Assembly: GCA_963727625.1 (NCBI GenBank)
Contig: CAVSHR010000011.1
Coordinates: 64,001 to 128,000 of the forward strand
DNA from: an uncultured delta proteobacterium
GTDB taxonomy: Bacteria > Desulfobacterota > Binatia > UBA9968
Length of the DNA: 64,000 nt
Reading direction: 5' to 3'
A program made the position numbers and the translations under genes. Positions 47,828 through 60,190 of this stretch are shown here, one piece after another. The first letter of the stretch is position 1. Every line of letters starts with the position of its first letter. The notes under the pieces are model-generated. The model was not told where the DNA came from, searched no databases, and saw nothing but the letters and a program-made list of their open reading frames with translations.

Positions 47828-49138
47828 ATGACAAGAGTCTTGATCGCAGTTTTGACTTCGTTGCTGTTGCCGTGGACCGCCCAAGCCGCCGTGGTTGGAG
47901 AAATAGTCGGTCAGGGCGGACAGCGTTTTCCGATCGCGGTATCGCCGCTGAAAAACTTAGGCACGAGAGGCGCGGATTCGGCGCGCTATTCGACCGGAAT
48001 CGCCGACGCGATGGTGCATGACCTGGAACTATCGGGTTGGTTTAAGGTGATCGATCGATCGGCTTACCTTGAAAACCCACAGACTAGCGGGATCGTCCTG
48101 GGTGCTTTTGACTTCAAAGACTGGTCGACCATTGGCGCCGAAGGGCTGGTTAAAGGCGGCTTCTCCGTGCAAGGCGATGAAATCACCGTGGAGCTCCGAT
48201 TGTTCGATGTTTTCCAAAATAAAGAGCGCATCGGCAAGCGTTATACCGGACGGGTGAAAGATTTCCGGCGGATCGCGCATAAGTTCGTCGACGAAATCAT
48301 CAATCAGTTCACCGGCATCCCCGGTATTTTCAATACCCGCATCGCCTATGTTTCCAACAGCGGCGGTCGTTTTAAAGAGATCTTCGTCTCGCACTTGGAC
48401 GGCAGTGAAAAGTTTCAAGTCACCGACAATCACACGATCAATCTTTCGCCGGATTGGAGCCCCGATGGCCGGTCGATTCTGTATTCATCCTTTAAAGAGC
48501 GCAAACAAACCCTCTACTTGTTTGAGCTCTTCAGTGGCAAAGAAGTTAAATTCACGCCGCGAGGAGATGGTAGGTATCTCGGCGGAAAATTTTCTCCGGA
48601 TGGCCAAACCATCGTTGCGACGCTGGAATCGGCAGGTAACACCAACCTCGACCTGCTCGATCGCAGCGGCAAGTTGATCCGTCGCCTCACCCAAGATTCC
48701 GGCATTGAAGTCTCGCCCGCTTGGTCGCCGGACGGTAAGCAAATCGCCTACGTTTCCGATCGTGGCGGCTCACCGCAAATTTACATTCTTGATCTTTCCA
48801 GCGGCAAGTTTCGCCGGTTGACCTACAGCGGCAGTTACAATACCTCGCCGGAGTGGTCGCCTAGGGGCGACCGCATCGTTTACACGGGGCGAGTCGGTAG
48901 TCGCTTCGCGATTTTTACCATCTCGGCTGACGGTGGCGAGCCGCGCAAGTTGACTTCCGAGTCTTTCGACAGCGAGGACCCGACTTGGTCCCCCGACGGC
49001 CGGTTCATTGCTTTCTCATCCAATCGAGCCGGCAAATACCATTTGTATGTGATGCAAGCAAGCGGGGACAACCAACGTAGATTGACAGGTTCCGGGGGTG
49101 ATGATACAAAGCCAAGTTGGTCCCCTCGGTTAGATTAA
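47828..49138 (+). CDS. tolB: TolB
   Basis: Repeated P.WSPDG beta-propeller motifs. Confidence 0.93.
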   Translation: MTRVLIAVLTSLLLPWTAQAAVVGEIVGQGGQRFPIAVSPLKNLGTRGADSARYSTGIADAMVHDLELSGWFKVIDRSAYLENPQTSGIVLGAFDFKDWSTIGAEGLVKGGFSVQGDEITVELRLFDVFQNKERIGKRYTGRVKDFRRIAHKFVDEIINQFTGIPGIFNTRIAYVSNSGGRFKEIFVSHLDGSEKFQVTDNHTINLSPDWSPDGRSILYSSFKERKQTLYLFELFSGKEVKFTPRGDGRYLGGKFSPDGQTIVATLESAGNTNLDLLDRSGKLIRRLTQDSGIEVSPAWSPDGKQIAYVSDRGGSPQIYILDLSSGKFRRLTYSGSYNTSPEWSPRGDRIVYTGRVGSRFAIFTISADGGEPRKLTSESFDSEDPTWSPDGRFIAFSSNRAGKYHLYVMQASGDNQRRLTGSGGDDTKPSWSPRLD

Positions 49139-49202
49139 TTTCCAAATCTGCAGCTAGAATCTAATTTCTCTAATGATTCCATGGTTACCGCAGGAGGTCA
49201 CG

Positions 49203-49799
49203 ATGAAAAGACCATTTATAATGGCGTGTTACTATTTTCTGGGCATCGTCGCTTTGACTTTGGCGGGATGCGCGCCTGCCACAACGCCAAAACCCGGTGC
49301 CGCTTCAGGGTCGGGGGCTTCCACTTCACGTTCACCGGGTGCGGACTCACGTGCGGGTGAAGGGGCGCGCGGCAGCGGTCGCGAATCCAATACCGGCGCT
49401 TCCAGCTTGCAACAGATGCAAGAAGGCAAGTCGACCGCGACCCCGGCATCGAGCCCGTTGAAGGACGTGTATTTTGATTTTGACCGCTATGACCTGAGTT
49501 CCGAGGGGCGGATGGTTTTGCGGGCGAACGCCGATTGGCTGAAGAGCAATTCCGGCGCGCGGGTGGAGATCGAAGGGCACTGCGACGACCGCGGCACTAA
49601 TGAATACAACTTGGCCTTGGGTGCGAAAAGAGCTCAGTCAGCACGTGAGTATTTAACTACTTTGGGGATTGGCGCCAAGCGTCTCTCGACGATTAGCTAT
49701 GGTGAAGAGATTCCGGTTTGCAAAGAACAAACTGAGTCCTGCTGGAAGCAGAACCGGCGCGCCCGCTTCGTCATTCTGAAGGGCCGTCCGACAAGCTAA
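49203..49799 (+). CDS. pal: peptidoglycan-associated lipoprotein
   Basis: LAGC lipobox, IEGHCDDRGT.EYNLALG, NRRA. Confidence 0.93.
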   Translation: MKRPFIMACYYFLGIVALTLAGCAPATTPKPGAASGSGASTSRSPGADSRAGEGARGSGRESNTGASSLQQMQEGKSTATPASSPLKDVYFDFDRYDLSSEGRMVLRANADWLKSNSGARVEIEGHCDDRGTNEYNLALGAKRAQSAREYLTTLGIGAKRLSTISYGEEIPVCKEQTESCWKQNRRARFVILKGRPTS

Positions 49800-49813
49800 A
49801 CGGAGGGATCGCA

Positions 49814-50671
49814 GTGGCGCAACAGATCACAAAAAAAAACACGCTGTTGGCATGTGCTCTGGTCGTTGCGGGTGCCTGGCTGTCGGCTTGCGTGAACCCT
49901 CAGCAAGTCGAATTTCTTGAACGCGAACAGCGGCGCTTGCGAGGCGATATGAATACCTTGCACTCGGACGTCGATGCCTTTCGCAAGACGTTGGCCGATA
50001 CACGCGCGAATATTCAACAGATGCAACGGGATATTGGTGCGATCAAGGAACGGATCGACGAAACCCGGGTTCAGGTTGGCCGCCAGATCGGCCAAACCAA
50101 CAGGGAAGGGGATCAACGCGTCAAGAATTTAGAAACCCGCTTAGCCAAGCTGGAGGAAGATGCCAAGGTACAGGCGGAGGTGCTGATTAGCCGCGAGGAG
50201 GAACTCAAGGAGCTGCGCGAGTCGATGCGGGCCCAGATCGCCACGCAAAATGCGCCGGGCGACGGCGTCGCCGATTTTTCGCTGGCTGAATCCGACAGCG
50301 TGCGCAAGGATTACGAGAACGCATGGCGCGCTTACGAAAAAAAGGACTACCGAGTTGCGATTAACCGGTTCAGAGATTTTATCAAGAAAAATCCCAAAAG
50401 CAGATTGGCGCCGAGCGCGCAACTCTCGATCGGCAATAGTTATCTCGCGATGAAGGAATTCGACAACGCGATTATTGAATTCGACGAGGTAAGGCGACGA
50501 TATCCGCAAACGCAAAAAGTCCCCGGGGCGCTTCTCGGCCAAGGTTCTGCCTTTATTGAGCTTGGAGAAAAGCTCAACGCGCGTTTGGTTCTGCAAGAGC
50601 TCGTGGAAAAGTATCCGCAATCGCCCGAGGCGACGCGAGCAAGGCAAAGATTGAAAACCCTCGAATCCTAA
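49814..50671 (+). CDS. cpoB: tol-pal system TPR protein CpoB/YbgF
   Basis: Coiled coil plus TPR repeats (YPQS), after pal. Confidence 0.85.
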   Translation: MAQQITKKNTLLACALVVAGAWLSACVNPQQVEFLEREQRRLRGDMNTLHSDVDAFRKTLADTRANIQQMQRDIGAIKERIDETRVQVGRQIGQTNREGDQRVKNLETRLAKLEEDAKVQAEVLISREEELKELRESMRAQIATQNAPGDGVADFSLAESDSVRKDYENAWRAYEKKDYRVAINRFRDFIKKNPKSRLAPSAQLSIGNSYLAMKEFDNAIIEFDEVRRRYPQTQKVPGALLGQGSAFIELGEKLNARLVLQELVEKYPQSPEATRARQRLKTLES

Positions 50672-50765
50672 GCCGCCAGCCGTATCGGGTTTTTCTCGCT
50701 GCTGACATCGGTTGCGTCGCCGCCGTTGGCTTTATCAACGCGGTCGATGTATCAATCTCTGAGCA

Positions 50766-51707
50766 ATGGAGATCATACGTCACATCGGTGAACGAAATCT
50801 GGAATTAGCGGGGTCGGTGGTGACCTTGGGGAACTTCGACGGGATCCACCTGGGTCATCAGGCCCTGATCGGCGGTGCGGTGAGTGACGCTCGGCGACTC
50901 TCTGTGCCGTCCATTGTCTTGACGTTCGAGCCGCACCCATTGAAGGTCTTGGCGCCGCAGCGGGCGCCGAAACTGCTTCTGGCTCATAAGGACAAGATTC
51001 AGCTGCTGCAAAAGTTAGCTGTCGATATTGTCGCCGTGCAACCGTTTGACCTTACCTTTGCCGGGATTAGCGCGGAAGAGTTTGTTCGCAGTTTGCTGGT
51101 CGGCCGCCTCAAAGTTAAAAAGCTGTGGGTCGGTAAGGATCTGCGCTTTGGCCAGGGGCGCAAGGGTAGCGTCGCCGATTTGCTTCGCTGGGGCACCGTA
51201 TTCGGTTTTGAGGTTGCGGTGGTCGAACCGATCTTGGTCAACGGCATCCGGGTAAGCAGCTCCGGCATACGCGATCTCGTCAGCGCGGGCCGGGTGGACG
51301 AGGTGAAATCCCTGCTGGGTCGTTATCATTTCGTCTCCGGCAGAGTGGTCGAGGGGCACCGTCGCGGTAGGGATCTGGGATTTCCCACCGCCAACCTTGC
51401 GGTTCGTACGGAGGTGCTGCCGTTGGACGGCATTTACGCCACACTATTTCACTTGGGCGAACGATCGCTGCCGAGCGTCAGCAGCATCGGTCTAAACCCG
51501 ACCTTCGGTGCCGGACCCAGGACCGTGGAAAGCTACATCATGAAATTCAATGAAGAGATCTACGGTGAGGCGGCGCGTCTCTCGTTTATCAAAAGGATTA
51601 GGAAAGAAGAACAGTTTGCCTCAGTGGCGGAACTCGTGGCGCAAATTCACCATGACATCCAATGTGCCGAAGCAATTTTGCAGGACCTTCAAATCAGCCT
51701 CGGCTAA
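50766..51707 (+). CDS. ribF: bifunctional riboflavin kinase/FAD synthetase
   Basis: GNFDGIHLGHQ, TFEPHP, GFPTAN. Confidence 0.95.
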   Translation: MEIIRHIGERNLELAGSVVTLGNFDGIHLGHQALIGGAVSDARRLSVPSIVLTFEPHPLKVLAPQRAPKLLLAHKDKIQLLQKLAVDIVAVQPFDLTFAGISAEEFVRSLLVGRLKVKKLWVGKDLRFGQGRKGSVADLLRWGTVFGFEVAVVEPILVNGIRVSSSGIRDLVSAGRVDEVKSLLGRYHFVSGRVVEGHRRGRDLGFPTANLAVRTEVLPLDGIYATLFHLGERSLPSVSSIGLNPTFGAGPRTVESYIMKFNEEIYGEAARLSFIKRIRKEEQFASVAELVAQIHHDIQCAEAILQDLQISLG

Positions 51708-51722
51708 ACATCCTCTGGTATC

Positions 51723-52754
51723 ATGATTGAATCGCGAGCCCAACGATTGGTGATTGATGATCGCTCGGCGGGGACACGACTCGATGTTTTTTTGGCCGGC
51801 CAGCCGAGCGTTGCGGAGAGCTCCTGGGCAAAGCTCAGCCGCTCGGAAATTCAAAGGCTGATCGCCGAAGGGCAAGTAACGATCAACGGCGGCCAGGCTA
51901 AGGCGAGCACACGCATCAAAGCCCAAGATAGGATTGAAATGATTTTGCGCCCGCCGCGTGATGCAAAAATTCGCGGCGAAGAATTGCCGTTGGAGATTCT
52001 CCACGAGGATCAGGATTGCATTGTTATCAACAAGGCGCCGGGGATGACGGTTCATCCGGCTGCAGGACACTCCAACGGAACGTTAGTGAACGCGCTGTTG
52101 CACCATTGTCCCGATGTCGAAGGAATCGGCGGGGAACGCCGACCGGGTATTGTCCATCGATTGGACAAGGACACATCCGGCGTGATGGTCGTGGCAAAAA
52201 ACGTATTCGCTCATCAAAAGCTTGTGGAGCAATTTAAAAACCGCAGTGTCGAAAAGTACTACCTCGCCTTGGTGTGGGGAATGAAGGAGCCGCAAAAAGG
52301 CGTCATCGACCGGCCCATCGGACGTCACCGCTCTGACCGAAAAAAGATGTCGAGTATCTATTTTGGAAATCATTCACGCCAATCGTTGACAGAATGGAGC
52401 GTAAAGGAGCGCTTCGTACTGGACTGCGAGCATGCGCGACCTCTGGATCTGACTCTGCTGGAGCTTCACCCGAGCACTGGTCGGACGCACCAGATTAGGG
52501 TTCACCTTGCGGATACCGGCTTTCCGTTGGTCGGTGATCGGTTGTATGGCCATCAACGTAAAACCGAAAAGGTAAATTTCTTGCCGGAGCCGATCGTAGG
52601 GACCTTCCCTCGACAGGCTCTTCACGCTGAAAAATTAATTTTTAATCATGTGCGCACCAACCGACGAGTTGAGTTTGTCGCGAGGCTGGCCGACGATTTC
52701 GCTGAGCTGTTGCGCTGTTTACGGAAAGTCGGCCGTGCCCAGGAAAAGGGTTGA
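51723..52754 (+). CDS. rluD: RluA/RluD family pseudouridine synthase
   Basis: S4 domain, RPGIVHRLDKDTSG, TGRTHQIRVH. Confidence 0.9.
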   Translation: MIESRAQRLVIDDRSAGTRLDVFLAGQPSVAESSWAKLSRSEIQRLIAEGQVTINGGQAKASTRIKAQDRIEMILRPPRDAKIRGEELPLEILHEDQDCIVINKAPGMTVHPAAGHSNGTLVNALLHHCPDVEGIGGERRPGIVHRLDKDTSGVMVVAKNVFAHQKLVEQFKNRSVEKYYLALVWGMKEPQKGVIDRPIGRHRSDRKKMSSIYFGNHSRQSLTEWSVKERFVLDCEHARPLDLTLLELHPSTGRTHQIRVHLADTGFPLVGDRLYGHQRKTEKVNFLPEPIVGTFPRQALHAEKLIFNHVRTNRRVEFVARLADDFAELLRCLRKVGRAQEKG

Positions 52755-52777
52755 CATGGAAATCAGACGACTGGGGC

Positions 52778-52806
52778 TTGACAAGGCGGAGAGTTTTAAA
52801 TAATAT
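52778..52806 (+). promoter_or_regulatory. sigma70 promoter upstream of rho
   Basis: TTGACA-N17-TAATAT. Confidence 0.7.
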
Positions 52807-53112
52807 CAAAAATAGTAAGATTTCAATTCAACAGTTTCTTAGAATCATTCCCCACACGAATTAGAAATTCATCGGCGTTAAGCGTTCTAACTTGATTTGT
52901 TTTTCAAAAGAGAGATTTCTGTCTGCGGCGTACGTCTTGTCGCAGTAATATGTGCCTGTCTAAGACTGCCCGTAATGCGATAGGGTTTGGTCGATACGAA
53001 ATTTGCGGCGTATCTGTGTAGAGTCGCAGCAAAGTTGGGTAGGATACAGCGTTAGTCGTGCGTCAAAGTGTCGTCCCCTGGCACCGCCTTAATGAAAGGA
53101 GATTCATAGCGT

Positions 53113-54414
53113 ATGGTTCGAGGTAGAACTCGTGTCGCCGAGCCGGAGGCCGTTGAGGATAACGGCTTGAATCTTAAAGCACTCAAGGAAAAGAAGATCA
53201 GTGATCTGGCGTTAATCGGCAAAAATTTCAATATCGAGGGCGCCGCCAATATGCGCAAGCAGGAGCTTATTTTTGCGATCCTGCAAGCGCAGACCGAGCA
53301 AAACGGTCATATTTACGGTGAGGGCGTGTTGGAAACGCTGCCGGACGGATTCGGATTCCTACGAGCGCCGGACTATAATTATCTTCCCGGGCCCGATGAT
53401 ATCTACGTTTCACCAAGCCAAATTCGCCGTTTCAATTTAAGAACCGGCGATATTATCTCCGGTCACATTCGCCCACCTAAAGAAGGCGAGCGCTACTTCG
53501 CTTTGCTCAAGGTTGAAACGATCAATTACGAGGATCCGGAGCGGGCGCGAGAAAAAATTCTTTTCGATAATCTAACGCCTCTGTATCCCAACGAGCGCTT
53601 GCGTCTCGAGTACCAACCGGATGATTTCACAACCCGAATTGTCGATTTATTAACTCCCATTGGCAAGGGACAGCGGGGTCTCATCGTGGCCGCGCCGCGC
53701 ACCGGTAAAACGATGATGTTGCAGCATATCGCCAAGGCGATCGCGCACAATCAAAAAGAGGTCATTTTAATCGTCTTGTTAATTGATGAGCGGCCTGAGG
53801 AAGTAACCGATATGCAGCGCTCAGTGGATGGCGAGGTAATTAGCTCGACTTTCGATGAACCGGCGACGCGCCATGTGCAGGTCGCTGAAATGGTCATTGA
53901 GAAAGCAAAGCGGCTGGTGGAGCACGGCAAAGACGTCGTCATTCTGCTCGACAGCATCACCCGGCTGGCGCGCGCTTATAATACGGTTGTCCCACCCAGC
54001 GGCAAAATTCTTTCCGGTGGCGTCGATTCCAACGCGTTGCACAAGCCTAAAAAGTTTTTTGGCGCTGCCCGAAACATCGAGGATGGGGGCAGCTTAACCA
54101 TTATTGCGACAGCGTTGATCGATACCGGTAGCCGAATGGACGAAGTCATTTTCGAAGAATTTAAGGGCACCGGCAATATGGAAGTCCATCTCGATCGTCG
54201 CTTAATGGACAAGCGGGTCTTTCCGGCCATCGACATCAATAAATCGGGAACCCGAAAAGAGGAGCTTCTGATCGCCAAAGAAGATCTCAATCGGATCTGG
54301 ATTTTGCGCAAGGTTTTGTCCCAGCTCAGCGTTGTCGACGCTATGGAATTTTTGCTCGACAAGATGCATGGGACCAAGACCAACAAAGAATTTTTTGAAT
54401 CCATGAACCAGTAA
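53113..54414 (+). CDS. rho: transcription termination factor Rho
   Basis: [34 protein letters not shown]. Confidence 0.98.
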   Translation: MVRGRTRVAEPEAVEDNGLNLKALKEKKISDLALIGKNFNIEGAANMRKQELIFAILQAQTEQNGHIYGEGVLETLPDGFGFLRAPDYNYLPGPDDIYVSPSQIRRFNLRTGDIISGHIRPPKEGERYFALLKVETINYEDPERAREKILFDNLTPLYPNERLRLEYQPDDFTTRIVDLLTPIGKGQRGLIVAAPRTGKTMMLQHIAKAIAHNQKEVILIVLLIDERPEEVTDMQRSVDGEVISSTFDEPATRHVQVAEMVIEKAKRLVEHGKDVVILLDSITRLARAYNTVVPPSGKILSGGVDSNALHKPKKFFGAARNIEDGGSLTIIATALIDTGSRMDEVIFEEFKGTGNMEVHLDRRLMDKRVFPAIDINKSGTRKEELLIAKEDLNRIWILRKVLSQLSVVDAMEFLLDKMHGTKTNKEFFESMNQ

Positions 54415-54555
54415 AATTCCCACTTTCCGCGCAATCTTGCGTCATCCTCTGATCTCTGTTAAAAACGCAAGGATATCGCAAGCTTTAACGATTTTTGGAA
54501 ACCCAGGTGCTGCGTTGCTAGCCCGCAGCGTGAGCGTCCGTGTTATTAATATAAA

Positions 54556-54630
54556 TTCACACCCTTTCCGATCCCTGCTGCGGTGCCCTACGGGTGTAGC
54601 GCGGAAATGACGAAAGGGGAGGTCAGAACC
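54556..54630 (+). ncRNA. rpsB leader (t44/S2 element-like)
   Basis: CACACCC...GGTGCCCTACGGG...GGAGG..AACC immediately 5' of rpsB. Confidence 0.6.
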
Positions 54631-54642
54631 AAAGGAGCAGGT

Positions 54643-55422
54643 ATGAGCGAAATTTCCATGAAACAATTGCTGGAGGCGGGCGTCCATTTCGGACATCAAA
54701 CCAGCCGTTGGAACCCGAAAATGAAACCGTATATTTTCGGCGCGAGGAACGGGATTCACATTATCGACCTGCAGCAAACCGTGACTATGTTCAAGGAGCT
54801 GGAGACGGTGGTGCGTGACCTGGCGGCTTCGGGTGGCCATATTCTCTTCGTCGGCACAAAAAAGCAGGCGCAAGATGCGATCAAAGAAGAAGCTACCCGC
54901 TGCGGAATGTTTTATGTGCATAATCGCTGGCTCGGCGGGACCCTGACTAACTTTGCGACGATTCGCCAGAGTATCGAACGTTTGCGCAAAATCGAGGAGA
55001 TGGAAAACGACCCGAAAATCGTCGATGCGTTGACGAAAAAGGAAATGCTCGGTCTTACGCGGGAAAAGGACAAATTGGAACAGTCCCTGGGCGGCATCAA
55101 GGCGATGCGTAAGTTGCCCGATGCTATTTTCGTGATCGATCCCAAACAGGAAGAGATCGCGGTTAAAGAGGCGCGCAAGCTCGGGGTACCCGTCATCGCC
55201 GTCATCGACAGCAATTGCGATCCGGATATGGTCGACTACAAAGTGCCGGGTAACGACGACGCGATTCGCGCGATCCGTTTGTTTTGCGCCACAATGGCAG
55301 ACGCCATTGTCGAGGGCAAGACGATTTACGAGCAGTCTATGGTGAAGGGCAAGGAAGACGAGAAATCCACAGACGAAATAGCGGGCGAGGCAGCTGAAGG
55401 CGCTGCCGCGACAGGAGTTTGA
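54643..55422 (+). CDS. rpsB: 30S ribosomal protein S2
   Basis: [35 protein letters not shown]. Confidence 0.98.
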   Translation: MSEISMKQLLEAGVHFGHQTSRWNPKMKPYIFGARNGIHIIDLQQTVTMFKELETVVRDLAASGGHILFVGTKKQAQDAIKEEATRCGMFYVHNRWLGGTLTNFATIRQSIERLRKIEEMENDPKIVDALTKKEMLGLTREKDKLEQSLGGIKAMRKLPDAIFVIDPKQEEIAVKEARKLGVPVIAVIDSNCDPDMVDYKVPGNDDAIRAIRLFCATMADAIVEGKTIYEQSMVKGKEDEKSTDEIAGEAAEGAAATGV

Positions 55423-55427
55423 ACTCG

Positions 55428-56036
55428 ATGGAAGTGAGTGCGAGCACGGTAAAGGAGCTTCGGGAGAAAACCGGAGCGGGGATGATGGACTGCAAGAAAG
55501 CCCTTGACGAAACCGGCGGGGACATCGAGAAGGCAGTGGACTACCTGCGCCAAAAGGGATTGGCCGCGGCGGCGAAAAAAGCCGACCGAACGGCCGCAGA
55601 CGGCGCCGTGGGCGCCTACGTTCATCCCGGTGGAAAAATCGGCGTGCTGATTGAAATCAACTGTGAAACCGACTTTGTCGCTCGGACGGTGGAATTTCAG
55701 TCGTTGCTCAAGGATATTGCAATGCAAGTGGCGGCGGCCAATCCTCGTTTCGTTCGACGCGAAGAAGTTTCGGCGGAGGAGCTCGAAAAGGAAAAGGCGA
55801 TTTACCGTCAGCAGGCTCTGGAAACCGGCAAACCGGAAAAAGTTGTCGATAGGATCGTGGAAGGCAAGATGGAGCGGTTTTATTCCGAAATTTGTCTGCT
55901 TGAGCAGGCGTTTATCAAAGATCCGGATAAGCGCGTTTCTGCAGTGGTTAACGACGCAATCGCGCGACTTGGAGAAAATATTCAGGTTCGTCGCTTCGCG
56001 CGCTATCACTTGGGCGAAGGAGCGGCGAAAAGCTAG
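55428..56036 (+). CDS. tsf: elongation factor Ts (short form)
   Basis: [27 protein letters not shown]. Confidence 0.97.
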   Translation: MEVSASTVKELREKTGAGMMDCKKALDETGGDIEKAVDYLRQKGLAAAAKKADRTAADGAVGAYVHPGGKIGVLIEINCETDFVARTVEFQSLLKDIAMQVAAANPRFVRREEVSAEELEKEKAIYRQQALETGKPEKVVDRIVEGKMERFYSEICLLEQAFIKDPDKRVSAVVNDAIARLGENIQVRRFARYHLGEGAAKS

Positions 56037-56049
56037 TTATCCCATATAA

Positions 56050-57341
<1,292 letters not shown>

Positions 57342-57452
57342 ATCACGCGGCCTCCGACTAAAAATGCCCTATCGAGATTACCTCCAAAGTTTTGAAATCC
57401 TACCGGCAGCACTAAAAATCTCGCTTATGGAACCGACGCGGCCCTGGCAGCT

Positions 57453-58232
57453 ATGGAGCTAGACGGTTTAGACAAAGCCCGTTTGCCCCGACATGTCGCT
57501 ATTATCATGGACGGTAATGGCCGTTGGGCCAAGCTAAGGGGCAAGAGCCGCGTCGAAGGGCATCGACGTGGCAAGACCTCTGTCCGAGTGATCGTAGAAA
57601 TGAGCCGGAAGATCGGCGTGCGCTACTTGTCGCTCTATGCATTTTCCACTGAGAACTGGTTTCGTCCCCACGATGAAATTGACGCCCTGATGGGGTTGTT
57701 GGAGCATTACCTGGTTGCCGAGCGGGGCAAGATGATGCGCTATGGAATTCGCTTGGTCGCCTTGGGAGATCGCGAGCGCTTGCCCGTTAGTGTCAGATCA
57801 GTTTTGGAAGACACTCTTGAGCTCACCCGTCAGAACAAGCGGATGACCGTGGTTTTAGCTCTTAGCTACAGCGGTCGCGATGAAATCGTGCGCATGGCAA
57901 AAAACCTAGCGCGCAAAGTCCGGAACGGAGGCCTCGACCCGGATGAAATCGATGAGCAGACCGTGGCATCACATCTCGATTCCGCCGAAATACCCGATCC
58001 AGACCTGCTGATTCGCACCAGCGGCGAGATGCGCGTCAGCAATTTTTATCTCTGGCAGATCGCCTACAGCGAATTGTACATTACACCCACGTTGTGGCCC
58101 GACTTCCGGGAAAAGGAATACCTGCAAGCGTTGCTTGAGTACCAACGGCGACGGCGTAGATTCGGCCGCACCGATGAGCAGCTCGGCGAACCGGTTGCGC
58201 GGTCGGTGGGGACAGGTGGACGCCAATCTTAA
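57453..58232 (+). CDS. uppS: undecaprenyl diphosphate synthase
   Basis: HVAIIMDGNGRWA, FSTENW, IRTSGE. Confidence 0.97.
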   Translation: MELDGLDKARLPRHVAIIMDGNGRWAKLRGKSRVEGHRRGKTSVRVIVEMSRKIGVRYLSLYAFSTENWFRPHDEIDALMGLLEHYLVAERGKMMRYGIRLVALGDRERLPVSVRSVLEDTLELTRQNKRMTVVLALSYSGRDEIVRMAKNLARKVRNGGLDPDEIDEQTVASHLDSAEIPDPDLLIRTSGEMRVSNFYLWQIAYSELYITPTLWPDFREKEYLQALLEYQRRRRRFGRTDEQLGEPVARSVGTGGRQS

Positions 58233-59022
58233 ATCGCGGATCGGCACCGCGGCAGTCGCCGTGCCGCTCCTGTTGTGGCTGATTGGCTGGAGCCCACCGT
58301 GGTTGTTTTCTACGGTGCTTTTTGCGGTCACCGCCGGCGCATTGCGCGAGTATTTTGCGATGGCCTTTCCCCGGTGCTGGAAAGATCAGTGCGCGGGTGT
58401 ACTCTTCGGCCTCGCCTTATCGGCGGCAGTATTCTTAAGCGGTGAATTCGATGTTTCGACTTGGCTCGGGATCTTGTTCTTGACGGTTTTCTGCGCCCAT
58501 CTTTTTAGCGCGGGTGAATTGACGGAACGGTTGCACCGCTTGCTTTTTACCTTGCTCGGCGGCATTTACTCAGGTTTCCTTTTTCCCCAATTAGTCATAT
58601 TGTTCCGTCTCTCGCAGGGTCGCGCCTGGGTGTTTTGGGTTTTCTGGGTCGTGATGATCGGCGACACCTCGGCGTATGTTTTCGGGCGGTGCTTCGGCGT
58701 TCGTAAGCTGGCACCGCAAATCAGCCCAGGGAAAACGGTGGCAGGGGCATGGGGTTATCTTGGTGGCGCTATCGTTGCCGGCTTTGCCGGAGCAATGCTC
58801 TTGTTTGACCAGTTCAGTTGGTTCGAGATTGGCCTTCTGTCGCTTGCGGTGGGAATCCTAGGGCAACTCGGGGATCTTTTTGAATCATGGATCAAGCGGG
58901 TCTTTGGGGTCAAAGATTCTGGACGGCTCTTACCAGGGCACGGGGGCTTGCTCGATCGACTCGATAGCCTGATATTTCCGGCAGTCTTCACGACGACGTA
59001 TTTGAAGGTATTTCATCCGTGA
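58216..59022 (+). CDS. cdsA: phosphatidate cytidylyltransferase
   Basis: SPGKT, GDLFES.IKR..GVKDSG.LLPGHGGLLDR. Confidence 0.93.
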   Translation: MDANLKSRIGTAAVAVPLLLWLIGWSPPWLFSTVLFAVTAGALREYFAMAFPRCWKDQCAGVLFGLALSAAVFLSGEFDVSTWLGILFLTVFCAHLFSAGELTERLHRLLFTLLGGIYSGFLFPQLVILFRLSQGRAWVFWVFWVVMIGDTSAYVFGRCFGVRKLAPQISPGKTVAGAWGYLGGAIVAGFAGAMLLFDQFSWFEIGLLSLAVGILGQLGDLFESWIKRVFGVKDSGRLLPGHGGLLDRLDSLIFPAVFTTTYLKVFHP

Positions 59023-60167
59023 AAACGATCGCTCTGCTCGGCTCCACCGGCTCGATCGGCGTGAGCACACTTGCGCTGGTACGCGAGTTTCCCGAGCGTT
59101 TCACAGTTTCCGGTATGGTGGCCGGGCGCAATCTAAAGCGGCTTGCCAAGCAAATCAAAGAATTCGCACCCAAATGCGTGGCGATCCAGCGCGAAGAGGA
59201 CGTGCCACGGCTGCGCCGTCTCATCGGCAAAGGAAAAGTGGAGATACTCTTCGGAGAATCCGGTGCGGCGACGGTCGCGACCGCCCCGGAAGTCGACGTG
59301 GTGCTGGCGGCCATCGTTGGCGGTGCCGGCTTGATGCCGTCGCTTAGGGGTGTGCTTGCCGGCAAGGAGATTGCGCTGGCCAATAAAGAAGCCTTGGTCA
59401 TGGCCGGTGAGATCTTCGTCGACGCGGCCAAGAAAAGAGGCGTGCGTTTGTTGCCGGTCGACAGCGAGCATAGCGCAATTTTTCAGTGCTTGCAGGGCAA
59501 CCAAAGGAGCGATGTCGATAAGATCATTTTGACCGCGTCGGGAGGGCCGTTTTTACGCACGCCGCTCAACAAGTTGGCCAAGGTGAGCGTAGCGCAAGCG
59601 TTGAAGCACCCCAACTGGAAAATGGGTCAAAAGATTACCATCGATTCGGCGACCATGATGAACAAAGGGCTCGAAGTTATCGAAGCCCGGTGGGAATTCA
59701 ATCTGGCCCCGAGCGCAATTGACGTAGTCATCCATCCCCAAAGCGTGATTCATTCCATGGTGCGTTATCAAGACGGTGCCATTATGGCGCAATTGGGCAT
59801 TCCCGATATGCGTATTCCCATCGCCTATGCTTTGGCCTTTCCAAACCGTCTGAAGGGCAGTTGGCGCCCGCTCGATCTTACCGCCCATGGAGAATTAAAT
59901 TTTTTATCCGTGGAAAAGAATCGTTTTCCCGCTTTATCGCTGGCGTACGACGCTTTGCGTGAGGGCGGTACGATGCCGACGGTGCTCAACGGCGCCAATG
60001 AGATCGCGGTGGAGGCTTTTTTAAGCGGCAGGATAGGATTTCGCGAAATTCATCGTATAATTATCAAGACGATGGCACGCCACGCTAATCGAACCGCCAG
60101 GGAGATCGGCGAAATTTTGGAAATAGACCGCTGGTCAAGGCAAGAGGCATCGTCGCTCATTCATTAG
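59019..60167 (+). CDS. dxr: 1-deoxy-D-xylulose-5-phosphate reductoisomerase
   Basis: LGSTGSIG, PVDSEH, HPNW.MG.KITIDSA. Confidence 0.97.
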   Translation: MKTIALLGSTGSIGVSTLALVREFPERFTVSGMVAGRNLKRLAKQIKEFAPKCVAIQREEDVPRLRRLIGKGKVEILFGESGAATVATAPEVDVVLAAIVGGAGLMPSLRGVLAGKEIALANKEALVMAGEIFVDAAKKRGVRLLPVDSEHSAIFQCLQGNQRSDVDKIILTASGGPFLRTPLNKLAKVSVAQALKHPNWKMGQKITIDSATMMNKGLEVIEARWEFNLAPSAIDVVIHPQSVIHSMVRYQDGAIMAQLGIPDMRIPIAYALAFPNRLKGSWRPLDLTAHGELNFLSVEKNRFPALSLAYDALREGGTMPTVLNGANEIAVEAFLSGRIGFREIHRIIIKTMARHANRTAREIGEILEIDRWSRQEASSLIH

Positions 60168-60190
60168 TCAATGCCGAAGGAGATAGCTGG

